A DNA stretch of 64,000 nucleotides from sequence record MN871445.1. One strand, written 5' to 3'. The position numbers and the translations under genes were made by a program. Below, piece after piece: positions 32,775 to 43,713 of this stretch; within the stretch, counting starts at the first letter, position 1; the number at the start of each line of letters is the position of its first letter. Under the pieces are notes generated by a model. That model searched no databases. It had not been told where the DNA came from and saw nothing but the letters and a program-made list of their open reading frames with translations.

Positions 32775-33212
32775 ATGGCGTCAAAAGAAGAAACAAAATC
32801 GTTTGTGATGGGGTTTGCTATTGTAGTTGGGGTTATGGTTCTCGGGGTTGCCCTGTACTCCGTAACGTTAGGTATTCGCTACTTCATGGCGGAGCCCACC
32901 GGTAAAGTCCAGATGGAAGAATCTGTGACTTCTGGCAATGCTCAGATTTATTCGTACAATCATTTCTTTGACATGTGCGCTGCGGTGCAGGGATATGAAC
33001 AGACCCTGAAAGTTCAGCAGGCGATGTTGGTTGATGCTACCGACGATAAAGCTCGTATTCGTTCGAACATCGCTGCCATCAGTGGCGCGCGGTCCAGTTT
33101 GATTGCGCAGTATAATGCCGATGCTGGCAAAATCAAAACGCTGGCTCGTTTTAAAGACGATAACCTCCCCAACCATCTTTCAGAAAGTGAGAACACCGTA
33201 TGCGCACAGTAA
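32775..33212 (+). CDS. Single-TM membrane protein with helical periplasmic domain
   Basis: TM FVMGFAIVVGVMVLGVALY; helical region ending QYNA...RF....LP. Confidence 0.7.
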   Translation: MASKEETKSFVMGFAIVVGVMVLGVALYSVTLGIRYFMAEPTGKVQMEESVTSGNAQIYSYNHFFDMCAAVQGYEQTLKVQQAMLVDATDDKARIRSNIAAISGARSSLIAQYNADAGKIKTLARFKDDNLPNHLSESENTVCAQ

Positions 33213-33739
33213 ATCGTAATCTCCTGATCGGCCTCGCTTTGGCATCTATTGGACTGTTCACCATGGGCAACACCGGATGCGATGACCAATCCAGCCGGCA
33301 GCAGATGGCGCAAGAGCGTGAGTCTAATACTGATTCAGCTATTGCTTCGGTACCGGTACCGAAAATTCATAACTACGCGGCGCGTGAAGCCGTAGCACGT
33401 CAGGTTAAACGGATGGACCAGGTAGGTAAGTTGTATTACATCTATCTGATGTCGCAAAACGGGTCTATTATCGGATACTACATTTCAGAAACCAGACCCA
33501 TATCTGTTTGTGCCGCGTTGACCCCGGTGGATGATGTTCAACAAAGTTCCAGCGGCAGTTTGGCGGTAACTAAAGCCCCCGGCTTGCAGGGAACTTACGG
33601 CGGTAGTGATTGTGGCAGGTACTTCTTTTTCGATGCTGAAACCAAAGCCCTGGGTGAAGTTCCGTCGGCTCTCATGCTGTGGTTTGACGCACCATTAGCA
33701 GTTAATGCACCGCAAATCAAAGTGACTATCAGTAAATAA
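33200..33739 (+). CDS. Putative lipoprotein
   Basis: Basic N-terminus, hydrophobic stretch and NTGC lipobox-like Cys; overlaps the previous gene by 13 nt. Confidence 0.65.
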   Translation: MRTVNRNLLIGLALASIGLFTMGNTGCDDQSSRQQMAQERESNTDSAIASVPVPKIHNYAAREAVARQVKRMDQVGKLYYIYLMSQNGSIIGYYISETRPISVCAALTPVDDVQQSSSGSLAVTKAPGLQGTYGGSDCGRYFFFDAETKALGEVPSALMLWFDAPLAVNAPQIKVTISK

Positions 33740-33748
33740 CATCATAAC

Positions 33749-33770
33749 GGGAGAGGCGTTCGCCTCTCCC
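33749..33770 (+). terminator. Hairpin terminator
   Basis: GGGAGAGGC-GTTC-GCCTCTCCC after the stop at 33739; weak U tract. Confidence 0.6.
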
Positions 33771-33796
33771 AAATATATCGAAATAAGGAAACAAAC

Positions 33797-35417
33797 ATGC
33801 AAGTCATGACGATGCAATTCCCAAAAGGCCTCGGAAAATTCTACGGCGGTCAACCCCTCCCAGTCACTGAATTTATTGCGAATTACACTACGCATAAAGC
33901 AATTCAAGAAATGGACAACGATAACCATGCTTATTTTGTCCAGGGTGGCCGAGTAATTGGCGACCTGTACATGTACGATATTCATCCGTTCATGTATGAT
34001 GCAATGAATCGCCCAGGAGTGCATGTTCTGGCGGTGGGGCGTGCGACAAATATCATTGCCGGACTATGGTTCGCTGAACGTACGCACGCGTTACGGGCAA
34101 TGCGCGACCCGGCGGTCAACACCGGAACCCCGGTCAAAATTCGCATCTCATTCCAACTGGACCCCCAAGCAGAAATTCTTGATGGATTATTGACCTATTT
34201 AAGCCGCCGTGGTATTGATGGGTACAGCATGCCGAAAGATACCGCAATGGAACAAACCATGGTGTCCCTTTTCACTAATCGTGCAACACAGCAGCATGCG
34301 GGTGGGATTTATACATCCGAGTCACATGACATGTGGGATTGTGTCATTGAATTTACTTCAGTGAGTGACGCACGTAAATTCTTGGCGCGGATGCCGCAAG
34401 TAATGGAACAGTTAATTAAATAGTTGCTTAGGTAACGATACCCCAACTCAAGTCGTAATGACAGGTCCAATAACGGAATCATGATTGTTATGATTGAGAT
34501 TAAAACTGAGGAGTAAAATCATGTTAGTGAAAAAACTGGAATCTAATACCGTCGGTGAAGATAAATATCTGGTTACTTTGGATATTCGAGACACCGCAGC
34601 GAAAATAGGCGTCGATCCAAGAATAGTGCTTGATGCACTAATTAGTTACGACCCACAAGTGACTTATTATGGTACTCTGAGTTCTAGCGAATACTTTAAA
34701 GGATTAAGTGAGCAATGTCAGACATTGCCGACAAATTATAAACGAGCATTTAAATTAGACGATATAGTACTACGGCTTAGCGAAAAAGCAATTCGACTTG
34801 ATGCAACCAAGTCAATTGTGACCGTTTCTATTATTGTGTCTAATAGCACCTTCGTTGGTGACCTGACCCATCCCGGGTGGACATTAGTTCCAGCAATAGC
34901 CAAAATTGATTCAAATGAAGTTGATACTTATTTGTTTGGGGGAGAAGATAGGAGATTTGGGGCCTATAGTTACGACCCTGACCTGTATCGATATAAATTA
35001 CTGGGATTCGATTTACTTACAGAATCCACGATTTTCCCAGGTACGAAATACCCGGTAGTGGAAGAACCCAGATATCACATTAAAACCTGTGATTTTGGAT
35101 TTGGTATAAAAGTGCATTACGCTATCAATAAAGCACCAGATTTAACAAATCCTAGGGACAGGGAAGGATATCGGGTGTTCCAATATCAAGTGGTAATACA
35201 TGGGATTAAACTGGGTGTTGGGGCAATTGATAAGTGCAATAATGAAGAAGCAGTGCATGTATTGAATATTATTTCTAATAGAACCTCGGAAGGGTTATGT
35301 GGTGTTCTTGAACAGATCCCAGCAATACGCACGATATTGCGAGATATGACCCCGATGGATTCCACTTGGCATAGTTCCACCATAACGGAATCAGAATACC
35401 AGAAATTGTTTAGTTAA
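33797..35417 (+). CDS. Two hypothetical proteins (33797..34423, ~34521..35417)
   Basis: SD sites AAGGA and GAGGAG; long open frames. Confidence 0.7.
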
Positions 35418-35425
35418 TTTCGCCT

Positions 35426-35453
35426 GGGGTGGATAAACCACCCCATTATGCCC
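35426..35453 (+). terminator. Hairpin with ATTATGCC tail
   Basis: GGGGTGG-ATAAA-CCACCCC then ATTATGCCC. Confidence 0.7.
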
Positions 35454-35462
35454 GGAGGCAAC

Positions 35463-35762
35463 ATGGAATCGCGCTTAATTCTTCCCGTTAATGGGATTTA
35501 TTTTGACCAAATGGTGGCGGGTACGAAGCCGTTCGAATTTCGTTTACGAAATGAATATTGGTCTAAAAGACTGGTAAACCGACATTATGATCGTTTAATC
35601 ATTACCCGCGGATACCCCAAAAATACAGAATATAATAAACGGCTGGTGCTTCCGTATCTGGGATATGAACTCCAGACCATCAACCATCCTCACTTCAATA
35701 ACATTCCGGTAGACGTTTATGCCATCATCATCGACCACAAGCAGCGCATCTTTGAAGTCTAA
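35463..35762 (+). CDS. ASCH-domain protein
   Basis: LILPV...YFDQMVAGTKPFEFR...YW..RL (GxKxxExR). Confidence 0.88.
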   Translation: MESRLILPVNGIYFDQMVAGTKPFEFRLRNEYWSKRLVNRHYDRLIITRGYPKNTEYNKRLVLPYLGYELQTINHPHFNNIPVDVYAIIIDHKQRIFEV

Positions 35763-36122
35763 AGTACTGGAAGAGGTTTTTCCTCGGCTAGATATAGAAA
35801 CCAGTCGTTGGGGGAATCATTCCCTAGAAACCATTCACTCAATGAACGATACGTACCATCGCGTAGACGTTCGATTAATTGCTCCAGGAACTAGTACAGG
35901 TAATGGAGAACTTATTGTAGTACTGCACGCTAGTTTCTGGAAGAAAAAGAAACAATATAAGTATTATGAAATCGATCGTTCTGAGCGTACGGCAGTTAGG
36001 GTATTGGCCAACACTATCGCGGCAGCATCAGATACTGCCATCGCCTGGTGGGAATCTAAGGAAGGATTGAATCTGGATGAGTATGATTATCAAACCACCT
36101 CATTTGAAAAATAACAAAAACG

Positions 36123-36139
36123 TATATTACTAATTGGAC
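36123..36139 (+). promoter_or_regulatory. Early promoter box TATATTAC(TAATTGGAC)
   Basis: Exact motif, intergenic, A-rich upstream. Confidence 0.72.
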
Positions 36140-36168
36140 AATCGCCGCATAACCTAAGGTTCGCTATC

Positions 36169-37610
36169 ATGATGACTATCAACCACCACAGTAATTCGGT
36201 AACCATTGATGCACATGTATCAATGGAAATTATTATGGGCCATTTATCTATACCGCAAGCTAAATTGGACCACGCCCTTACAAAAGCCGCCAATCGGGAT
36301 TGGACATTATTATTCTCAAACCTGTCTACCTTAATTGACGAACCACCAATCAGCGATAAGCGTTTGACGGGTCCATGGGTAGTGGGCTCCACCTACAACA
36401 TGCGATTCACGGATGACATTTTGCATGTTCAGGGATGTTTTAGTAAAGACTTAATTGACCCACTGGGCTTCTCGGAAACCGATGCATTTATGGTGATGCC
36501 TGTATTAAAGGCGACGATGACCCGAGGTAGAATTCATGTGGGGGAATTCAGCCTTAACCACAATGTTCCACGTGGAATGACCGAATTAAACAACCTCATG
36601 GCCCTCTTAGATTTGGGTTATTATCTCACCGTAACTGATTTTGAAATCATAAAGGTATAAAAAATGATTACTGAAATTATTCAAGGGTTAGTTGTCATGG
36701 GTTCTAAAGACATCGTCTTGTTAAACCCCAACAGTCTCGATGATTTTGCCAGACGGAAAATCATCCCGCTATATTTGGGAGTAACGGATTATGAAAACCC
36801 GGCACTCAAACAAGAACCAGCTCACGAATACATCAGGAATATCTTTGCCGAAATACCCGATGTTGCTGACGATACTTATATCGGCAACCTGTTTAATTTT
36901 CGATTTGTTGACAATCAACTGCAGGCGGATTTGTCGGTATCGACCAAATTCAAGCGTGAGACGGTATTGCGGGCATTGTCGAGCTTTCGGTACAACAAAT
37001 TCAAAACCGTGGCACGATTCATACCCATCGCTAGGGGCGGTCGGATTACCACCATGTGTCAGCATAACTCGCGGGTTACCGATGGCACCGTATACGACGT
37101 CCGGTTAACTTCTTTTCATTTTACTTGGCGATAAGATTATGTACCGTAAAGCACATCTCTTAAGTACAACAATTAGTGTGCGGGTGTACGCTCAGGAAGC
37201 CACTAATTCTGATGAAGTGTCGGCAGAAGATATTGCCTTTTTAAAGGAACTCATGGGAGACGTTTCGTTACCAACGATAACGAAACGGGCTTTGAAGAAA
37301 TATATCGACGAATTGCCGGATATGCTGCTTGAGCAGCAAAAACAGACTGTCGAACAACAACTCGCTGAACTCGAGCGTATTCGAAGTATAACTGGGAGGA
37401 AGTAATATGGATAGACAAAAGCCACGAGTCAAAGCAACTGACCCCAGCTGGTATTGGGTTGTGGTTGGTCCCGGAGAAGATCCGCAATCCTTACGTGAAC
37501 AAGGCTATATTACCATCATGAGTAAGGGTGCCTTGGTCAGAACCAGCGTCCCCGTTGAAGATGATTTCCCATCAACAGGCGATCCGCATGCCGCCAATCG
37601 GTGGCAATAA
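36169..37610 (+). CDS. Four hypothetical proteins (36169..36660, 36664..37134, 37139..37405, 37407..37610)
   Basis: Tightly packed ORFs downstream of the promoter box. Confidence 0.7.
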
Positions 37611-37653
37611 TTTACGGTTCATCGAAACAATATACTTCTAAGAGGAAAACACC

Positions 37654-38082
37654 ATGGCCGATATTAACATTACGGTAAGTGGCTTACCCAATAAAGGCAA
37701 ATCAGTTATAGTTGCGGAAATTGTGACTCACTTGAGATCCTTGGGTGTAAATGTTACTTTTCAGGATTTTGAAGGAGAAGAATGTATTCAGGGACTTCTC
37801 GATGCTCCTGACCTGAGGGATTTGTGTCTGGGAAAACTCATTCAACGCGGTGCAAAAATCCATACTCGAGAACAACACATCTATCGCGGGCAAGAATCTA
37901 TCCCCATAAGTTCGGCAGATTGGCATTGGGTTCCCGTACCCCCCGCAGAAAACTCAATGATGTACCTGAATTCTGGTTACGTTATTACTCATAAAAAAGA
38001 TGGGAGTAGATACCGCAGTAGCCGACCAGTTGACGGACTACTCCGCGACGATCCATTTGCCGATTTACGCAGATTCGCATAA
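37654..38082 (+). CDS. Small P-loop protein fused to a short W-containing domain
   Basis: NITVSGLPNKGKS; N-half like 2349..2672, C-half like 37407..37610. Confidence 0.6.
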   Translation: MADINITVSGLPNKGKSVIVAEIVTHLRSLGVNVTFQDFEGEECIQGLLDAPDLRDLCLGKLIQRGAKIHTREQHIYRGQESIPISSADWHWVPVPPAENSMMYLNSGYVITHKKDGSRYRSSRPVDGLLRDDPFADLRRFA

Positions 38083-38112
38083 TTTCATTCACCCATAAAA
38101 GGTATTTAGTAC

Positions 38113-38865
38113 ATGTATAACAACCACGCTAACTACATCCCAACCATCACTTCTGCACACATTGCGCAGCGCGAGCAAATTGAAGCCATGGTGCTGGAAT
38201 TCCACAATGTATTCCAACAGGATATCAATCAACCCATCACATCAGAACGACTGTTTTACCGGGCCCGGCTGATTAATGAAGAAGCCTGGGTGGAAGGCAT
38301 TCCCGCCAATTGGAATGCTGACCTCGAAAAGATCCTGGATTCGATGGGCGATACGCTGTATGTGTTAGCTGGCACTCTGGTGACTTTCATCGATGCGGGT
38401 CGTACTGGACATATGACCGATATTGAAATTGAGGACCTGGGTAGTTCGGAAATCCCTAACTTCATTGCCGACCCGTTGGATGCGTTACACACTGCGCGTG
38501 AGACGGTTAATGTGTTGCGCCACTGCGCCACCGTAGCGGGAGAAAGTCGATCTGAGTGTTTTGATTCCTACGCAATAGATTCGATGTATGCTATCCAGTG
38601 GGCGCTAGAACAAATGGGTGTTGACCCAGTTGCGCTGGTCAGTGAAATCCATCGCAGTAACATGACCAAACTTTGGCCGGAAGACGCCGTGGTCGATAAT
38701 CCTGAGGTGGTGTACACCAGCGTAGGTAACGGCCTGGTTTTATGTAACCGCAAAAGCGATGGTAAAGTGATTAAATCACCTACCTATTCCAAAGCTGATC
38801 TGTCTCCATTCGTCGCTCAAGTGAAAGCCGGCCCGCACGGCAGCATCTACGGCGAACAAAAGTAA
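38113..38865 (+). CDS. MazG-like / PRA-PH family NTP pyrophosphohydrolase
   Basis: EFHNVF, RARLINEE, ILDSMGDTLYV, EIHRSNMTK, DGKVIKSPTY. Confidence 0.88.
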   Translation: MYNNHANYIPTITSAHIAQREQIEAMVLEFHNVFQQDINQPITSERLFYRARLINEEAWVEGIPANWNADLEKILDSMGDTLYVLAGTLVTFIDAGRTGHMTDIEIEDLGSSEIPNFIADPLDALHTARETVNVLRHCATVAGESRSECFDSYAIDSMYAIQWALEQMGVDPVALVSEIHRSNMTKLWPEDAVVDNPEVVYTSVGNGLVLCNRKSDGKVIKSPTYSKADLSPFVAQVKAGPHGSIYGEQK

Positions 38866-38874
38866 TCGTAACCT

Positions 38875-38903
38875 GGTAGGGGAAACCCTACCTTTTTATG
38901 CCT
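38875..38903 (+). terminator. Hairpin with TTTTTATGCC tail
   Basis: GGTAGGG-GAAA-CCCTACC then TTTTTATGCC. Confidence 0.85.
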
Positions 38904-38928
38904 GTTGACCTAATAAAAGGAACGCATC

Positions 38929-40187
38929 ATGTCTGAACCCATCACCGTCACCACCACTACCTATTGCAACCCTTCTTTAGTGGTGGGTGGTGAGGAACCC
39001 CTAACCGAAGCGGAGCAGGCCGATATTGACCGCTACACAAAAGCCGTACTAAATGGCGGAATTATTGGTGAAGAAAGCGAGGATACAATTAAAATTATTC
39101 CGTTCTCAGGAATAACCAAGATATATAAGTCCTCGGACGATTTTATTTGTGTAAGTTATTTGGGTGAAGGTAGGGCTTTTTACTTCGCTTCTCTCCGGGT
39201 GCGGGATGCGGTTTATACTTACATGGTAGATATGTTGAAACACTATCTATCGAGGCCTGCCTTTCTCCCGGTTTCTACCAGCACGAAAAAATACGAAATG
39301 GGAATTTAATTGCTTTAATGGGGGTGGTTGGTGGGTGATAACCTAACAAAACAACACTGGGGTAAAATCGACGTGACGTGGGGAAAACTACGGCATCAAA
39401 GTTCCCGGAATCTTCGTCGTATGTTAAACAAACCAAAAAAGGCATCCTGATGGCAATCAAAACACAAGAGGAATTACTCAATGAATTTATGGATCAAATC
39501 CTACATCAACGGTTCCTTGCCTTGCGTCAGGCAGAAACCAAAGAAGAAGCGGTCGACCAAATCATCATCGGCATCCTCTCGACCATCGACGGCGTCAGCG
39601 GTCAGTGGCCTGACCCCATCACCCTGGTGGTTGAACCTACACCCGAAGCCGAAATCGAAGAAATCCAAGCGGAAGGTCGTAGTTGGATAGAAGCACCAAC
39701 CCCAATCAACCTCGATTGTTATCTTCACGATCTTTACGGTGCCGAATTACGTAAACGTTTTAAATCTTAATAGGGAAGTCACCATATGTTTTTAAGCAAA
39801 GATACCATCAAAAATGTCCAGCATTTAGTCGAAGCAAATACCTGCACCATTGAGTCCGTGACGGTGGAAGCCATTTATAGTCAGCGTGGCGAAACTTACG
39901 TGAAGATGGCTATTGATGGCTCGGGTGCGGTTGCTGTATTTACGGTCAAGCCGGGTCAGAAATTGCATGACCACATACTGGACGCGGTAAGATGGAAATC
40001 GTATTACTTACTCAATGAAGTTTATGGTGGTCTAGAGTGTGACGACTCTGCTGAGAAAATCCTGGAGTTATGGCCCGCTGCCGATGGAAATGTTCGCGAA
40101 ATAAAAAGTCCGCTGAGTGCGCCTATCGAACAGATAGACGATGCACGATTCAAACAACTCCAGAAAAAGTTTAATAAACATTACTGA
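38929..40187 (+). CDS. Hypothetical proteins (38929..39309, ~39450..39770, 39786..40187)
   Basis: ORFs with SD sites. Confidence 0.65.
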
Positions 40188-40190
40188 TTG

Positions 40191-40244
40191 ACGGCATAGG
40201 AGGAGGCTTACGCCTCCTCCAGTTATGTTGTCTTTTTATTTTTT
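40191..40244. repeat. Bidirectional terminator element, copy 1
   Basis: ACGGCATAGGAGGAGGC-TTAC-GCCTCCTCCAGTTATGTTGTCTTTTTATTTT, nearly identical to 48307-48360. Confidence 0.9.
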
Positions 40245-40856
40245 GCGTTTAAACGCATAGGTACCAATGCCATCGCGACCCAAATCAGTTTCAATGGTAT
40301 TATGCTCCACCAAATCAAAACCTTCACCACCCATAAACCGAATAAGGCCGGCATGAGTGAAATACCAGATATGTTCATCTTTGCGGTAATGGATGGATTT
40401 AGTGATGTGTTCTGCATCAGTAAAAATAGGGATGGATACGAATACCCAATCTGTTGCTTGGGCAAGCGCAACATCAGGTTCATCGATGTGCTCTAACGCA
40501 TCCCAAAAGGTCAATGCGTCAATAGGGGATTGATAGAAATCGTGAAACTTATTCTGATCAGCTAACCAAGCGATACCTGCCGGATTAACATCAAACCCAA
40601 CGGCTCCTTCGCAGTTGTCTACGAATTGGCCCGCCCCGATACCCACATCACACACTGGACCGGACCAGTACTTCTTAACTAAAGCCACCCGGGCTTTAGT
40701 TAGGGCGTCGCCCATCGGAGTAGCTGCGCGTTCACGATAGCGTGCGAAGTATTCTGCATCATAAGGGCGTGCATCTTTGGGTACTGGATAATGTCCGATA
40801 CCCAGCTCAGGAAAGAAAGAAAGTTCGGCGTTGAGTAACTCAGAGACCTTGCGCAT
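40236..40856 (-). CDS. Class I SAM-dependent methyltransferase (small-molecule/sugar type)
   Basis: VCDVGIGAGQF (motif I), GFDVNP, DALTFWDALEHI; no DPPY/NPPY or PC motif. Confidence 0.88.
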   Translation of the reverse strand: MRKVSELLNAELSFFPELGIGHYPVPKDARPYDAEYFARYRERAATPMGDALTKARVALVKKYWSGPVCDVGIGAGQFVDNCEGAVGFDVNPAGIAWLADQNKFHDFYQSPIDALTFWDALEHIDEPDVALAQATDWVFVSIPIFTDAEHITKSIHYRKDEHIWYFTHAGLIRFMGGEGFDLVEHNTIETDLGRDGIGTYAFKRKK

Positions 40857-41730
40857 TTAACCACCCGTTAATTTTTCCAGTGACGTTACTGATGTATTTG
40901 TTGCACGCATGCTTCATTTCATAACACATACAGTACTTGTCAGGATAAACAAACAAGCAGTTGTGTAAGCTCATAATTCTTGGGTCGGTGATTTTAGTGT
41001 GATGATTACAACCACCGCAACCACCCCCTAAGAAAATAGTGGGCCGACGATAGGCAAAGGCAGCTTGAGATATTAAGCAAGGCCCAGTCACCACAATATC
41101 AGCGCGTTCCACTAAGGCCATCAATTCAGTGATTGATAGCTCCCCTTTATGTATCTTTAAATGTGCGAATGGTTCCACATCTGGAATCCACTCCGCACCC
41201 GGTTCCAAGTCGGCTACGCTGATACAGAAATATCCGCGAGCCTGCAGCGCTCTAGAAACCTCATCAACATGCTTATTGAGCGGCCCTCGTGATTGGTGGT
41301 GCCACTCTTTACGTTCGGTAGTCGGGCGTATCAGTGCAAGTTTCTTGATGTTGCCCGGAATGTATTTGTTGGGTAATTGAAAGTGAGGCATATCCAATGC
41401 TACAGGTTCCACGCCGAATTGGCGACGACCGGCAGCGAACACAGAACCATTCTCCAGATCTTTAATCCCATAAAAGATTTTCTTCGTGATAAGTTTCAGG
41501 TCACGGGGAACCTCTTCATATTTAACCTGCGTCCTGCTTTCATTTTTCTTTTGTGTACGCAGAGTAGTGTTCGCTCTAACAAAATGAACATTAGGGATGT
41601 CCTGATAGAATTCTGGGATAGGAGTTTGAATCCAGACCTCATTGCCGGACATTACTAGCCGCTTAATAAATGGGCGCTGAAGTAGTTGATCGCCGATGCC
41701 CTGCATTCCATTGATTAGGTATCTTGCCAT
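40840..41730 (-). CDS. GT-B fold glycosyltransferase, GT9 (heptosyltransferase)-like
   Basis: N-terminal QGIGDQL; C-terminal LSITELMALVERADIVVTG...AAFAYRRPTIFLGG. Confidence 0.72.
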   Translation of the reverse strand: MARYLINGMQGIGDQLLQRPFIKRLVMSGNEVWIQTPIPEFYQDIPNVHFVRANTTLRTQKKNESRTQVKYEEVPRDLKLITKKIFYGIKDLENGSVFAAGRRQFGVEPVALDMPHFQLPNKYIPGNIKKLALIRPTTERKEWHHQSRGPLNKHVDEVSRALQARGYFCISVADLEPGAEWIPDVEPFAHLKIHKGELSITELMALVERADIVVTGPCLISQAAFAYRRPTIFLGGGCGGCNHHTKITDPRIMSLHNCLFVYPDKYCMCYEMKHACNKYISNVTGKINGWLNAQGL

Positions 41731-41748
41731 GGTAATTACCCTCTATTG

Positions 41749-42321
41749 TTATAATCGAATACTCGAGGACCATAACTCATCCTCTAATGTATTAGTTTTA
41801 AATGTTTTCAATTCCGTATATCGAGAACAGTTAATGACTGACATAGTTCCAATGATGTCTGGGACTTGGTTAAAACAGCCATGCCATTTTTCGATATCGC
41901 TGTCTTTAGGATTCGAAAGGTCATCGATATGGGGTCCGTGCCAATGTAGCCCATTAGCCAGAGAACAATCATAACCCAATAACAATACTCTCTCAGCACC
42001 GAGATTGTGAGCCAAACAAATAGCGCGCATGCCTGAGTTGAATGGTCCTTTTGCGGGTATTGGCATGTACTGAATATCTGGGTAATCTTTTATTGTGGTT
42101 CTGATAGAAGTCCATTTCACCATCGTATTAGGTACCTCATCGTGATATTTGCGCCACCATGTTAAATCTCCGGCATAGATGTGGTCACAAGTAGGCACTT
42201 TACGCCAACTATTATTGACCGCGATAATCGGATAATTAGTTCGCATGATGAGATGGCAGTCCTCATCAGTGAGTGATGGCCCTGAGGCTACACAAATGAA
42301 CGTCTTTTTATCGAGTGGCAT
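41749..42321 (-). CDS. MptE/DUF115 (Maf/sialyltransferase-related) protein
   Basis: ICVASGPSL, IIAVNN, IYAGD, FNSG..AI.LA..LGAERVLLLGYDC, HWHG, INCS. Confidence 0.72.
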   Translation of the reverse strand: MPLDKKTFICVASGPSLTDEDCHLIMRTNYPIIAVNNSWRKVPTCDHIYAGDLTWWRKYHDEVPNTMVKWTSIRTTIKDYPDIQYMPIPAKGPFNSGMRAICLAHNLGAERVLLLGYDCSLANGLHWHGPHIDDLSNPKDSDIEKWHGCFNQVPDIIGTMSVINCSRYTELKTFKTNTLEDELWSSSIRL

Positions 42322-42391
42322 GAGATAAGCCTTACAGTAGTGGACGTTAAAACCTATATCATTTTTCCATTAAACAAAACAAACATGGAAC

Positions 42392-42408
42392 TATATTACT
42401 GATTGGAC
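42392..42408 (+). promoter_or_regulatory. Early promoter box TATATTAC(TGATTGGAC)
   Basis: Exact motif in the divergent intergenic region. Confidence 0.72.
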
Positions 42409-42438
42409 ATATACTGCGTATATCCGGAGGTATTTAAC

Positions 42439-43702
42439 ATGAGCGAAAATAACGTTGTTCCTTTTACTGGGAAGAAATTGATGTCCAATTACCCCGCAAC
42501 AACCATGAACAGTGAAACAACTGACCATATGGCCAGGCTGTCATTCAGCATGACTGCGATGCAATCGTCGTTACGCCGGAAGCCAAACGTACTTCAGTAC
42601 GATGATTGGGTAAAAACCATGATTGGTTCCACACAAATGGTTAGACTGGGTGTCCTTGACGTTCGCTTGCGTAACCGGTTCTTTGACGCATTCGAATCCG
42701 GTGGATTGACACTAACCCGATGGTTAAACGAGGCGCGGTATCTCAGTCAACTACCATTGTGCGATATCGTAGTGGATTATAGTCACTATGATGAATTTAA
42801 CGGTTGGGTTGATGTAGACCGACCAACAATGCGGTTTAATCTCGGTAAAGGGGTTTCTATTATCCAAGAATCTTTTTTGTTGGGGAAAGAATCAGAATAT
42901 CCGGAAACTGCACTTGAAGATTACCGTAAATCAAATGTAGGGTGTGTGGAGATTGATGATATCTGGGATTCATGTAATGCCGACCCGAGGGGCTCGATTA
43001 TTGAACCGCGGTTAGTAGAGCAACTAGCGGACTGCTTTTATCTGGATGCGCTGGCGTGTGGTGGTGGGTGGGAAGTAGAAAGAACGGAGAAAGAAACCAC
43101 GTTCTGTTTTTTGGAAGCCATCACCCCGAAGCACATCAAGCGCTGGACATTATCGTTTAACAACGAATACTACACTCTTTTCTTAACTGGGGATATTTAA
43201 AATGAACACTTCTAATTGGTCGGCTTACCTGCATGATGACCGTGTCGTGATTGAATCACCATCAGGATGCACATACGACATCCCAGCATCTGATACCAGG
43301 TATACGTTGTCATTAGTCGCCGGCGGGTACCTCTACCTCCTTACCACCAAACCCAGTTTCACCACACGGCATCTACTCGTGCCGGCAGGTAACCTTAGCA
43401 TTGAACTATTCCGGGACATGACTTATTTGCAGGGTGCGTTAAATCAGTACTTTACCCCTGATGAAGCCGAACTGTTTACCGGTGTTCAAACAAAACCCAA
43501 AAAGTACATGCGCCTGCCTAATAGCGGTACGCTTGTCTATTTGGTGGACATTTTATCTGTGAACAGATTGGTTCATGGTGACCACAACGGAACCGCGCTA
43601 CTTATTAAATACCCCATCGGTGAAATCATTATTGCCTGCGACACTATCGAAAACGCTGTCGCTGATGAACGTGCGCTGACAGAATATCTGCTTTCGTTGT
43701 AG
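42439..43702 (+). CDS. Two hypothetical proteins (42439..43200, 43202..43702)
   Basis: GGAGG SD at 42426; coupled. Confidence 0.7.
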
Positions 43703-43713
43703 TGGGGGCGTTT

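Noticed and set aside
32775-33739. Firm call as Rz/Rz1 spanins
   Set aside because: No holin or endolysin nearby and the lipoprotein is not Pro-rich; kept only as an analogy in the findings
14969-37513. TATATTAC inside coding regions (14969, 22325, 37506)
   Set aside because: Intragenic and without a clear A-rich upstream tract or the conserved extension; could be chance, so not called as promoters
40236-40856. Calling this ORF a DNA methyltransferase
   Set aside because: No DPPY/NPPY or PC catalytic motif; it resembles small-molecule/sugar methyltransferases
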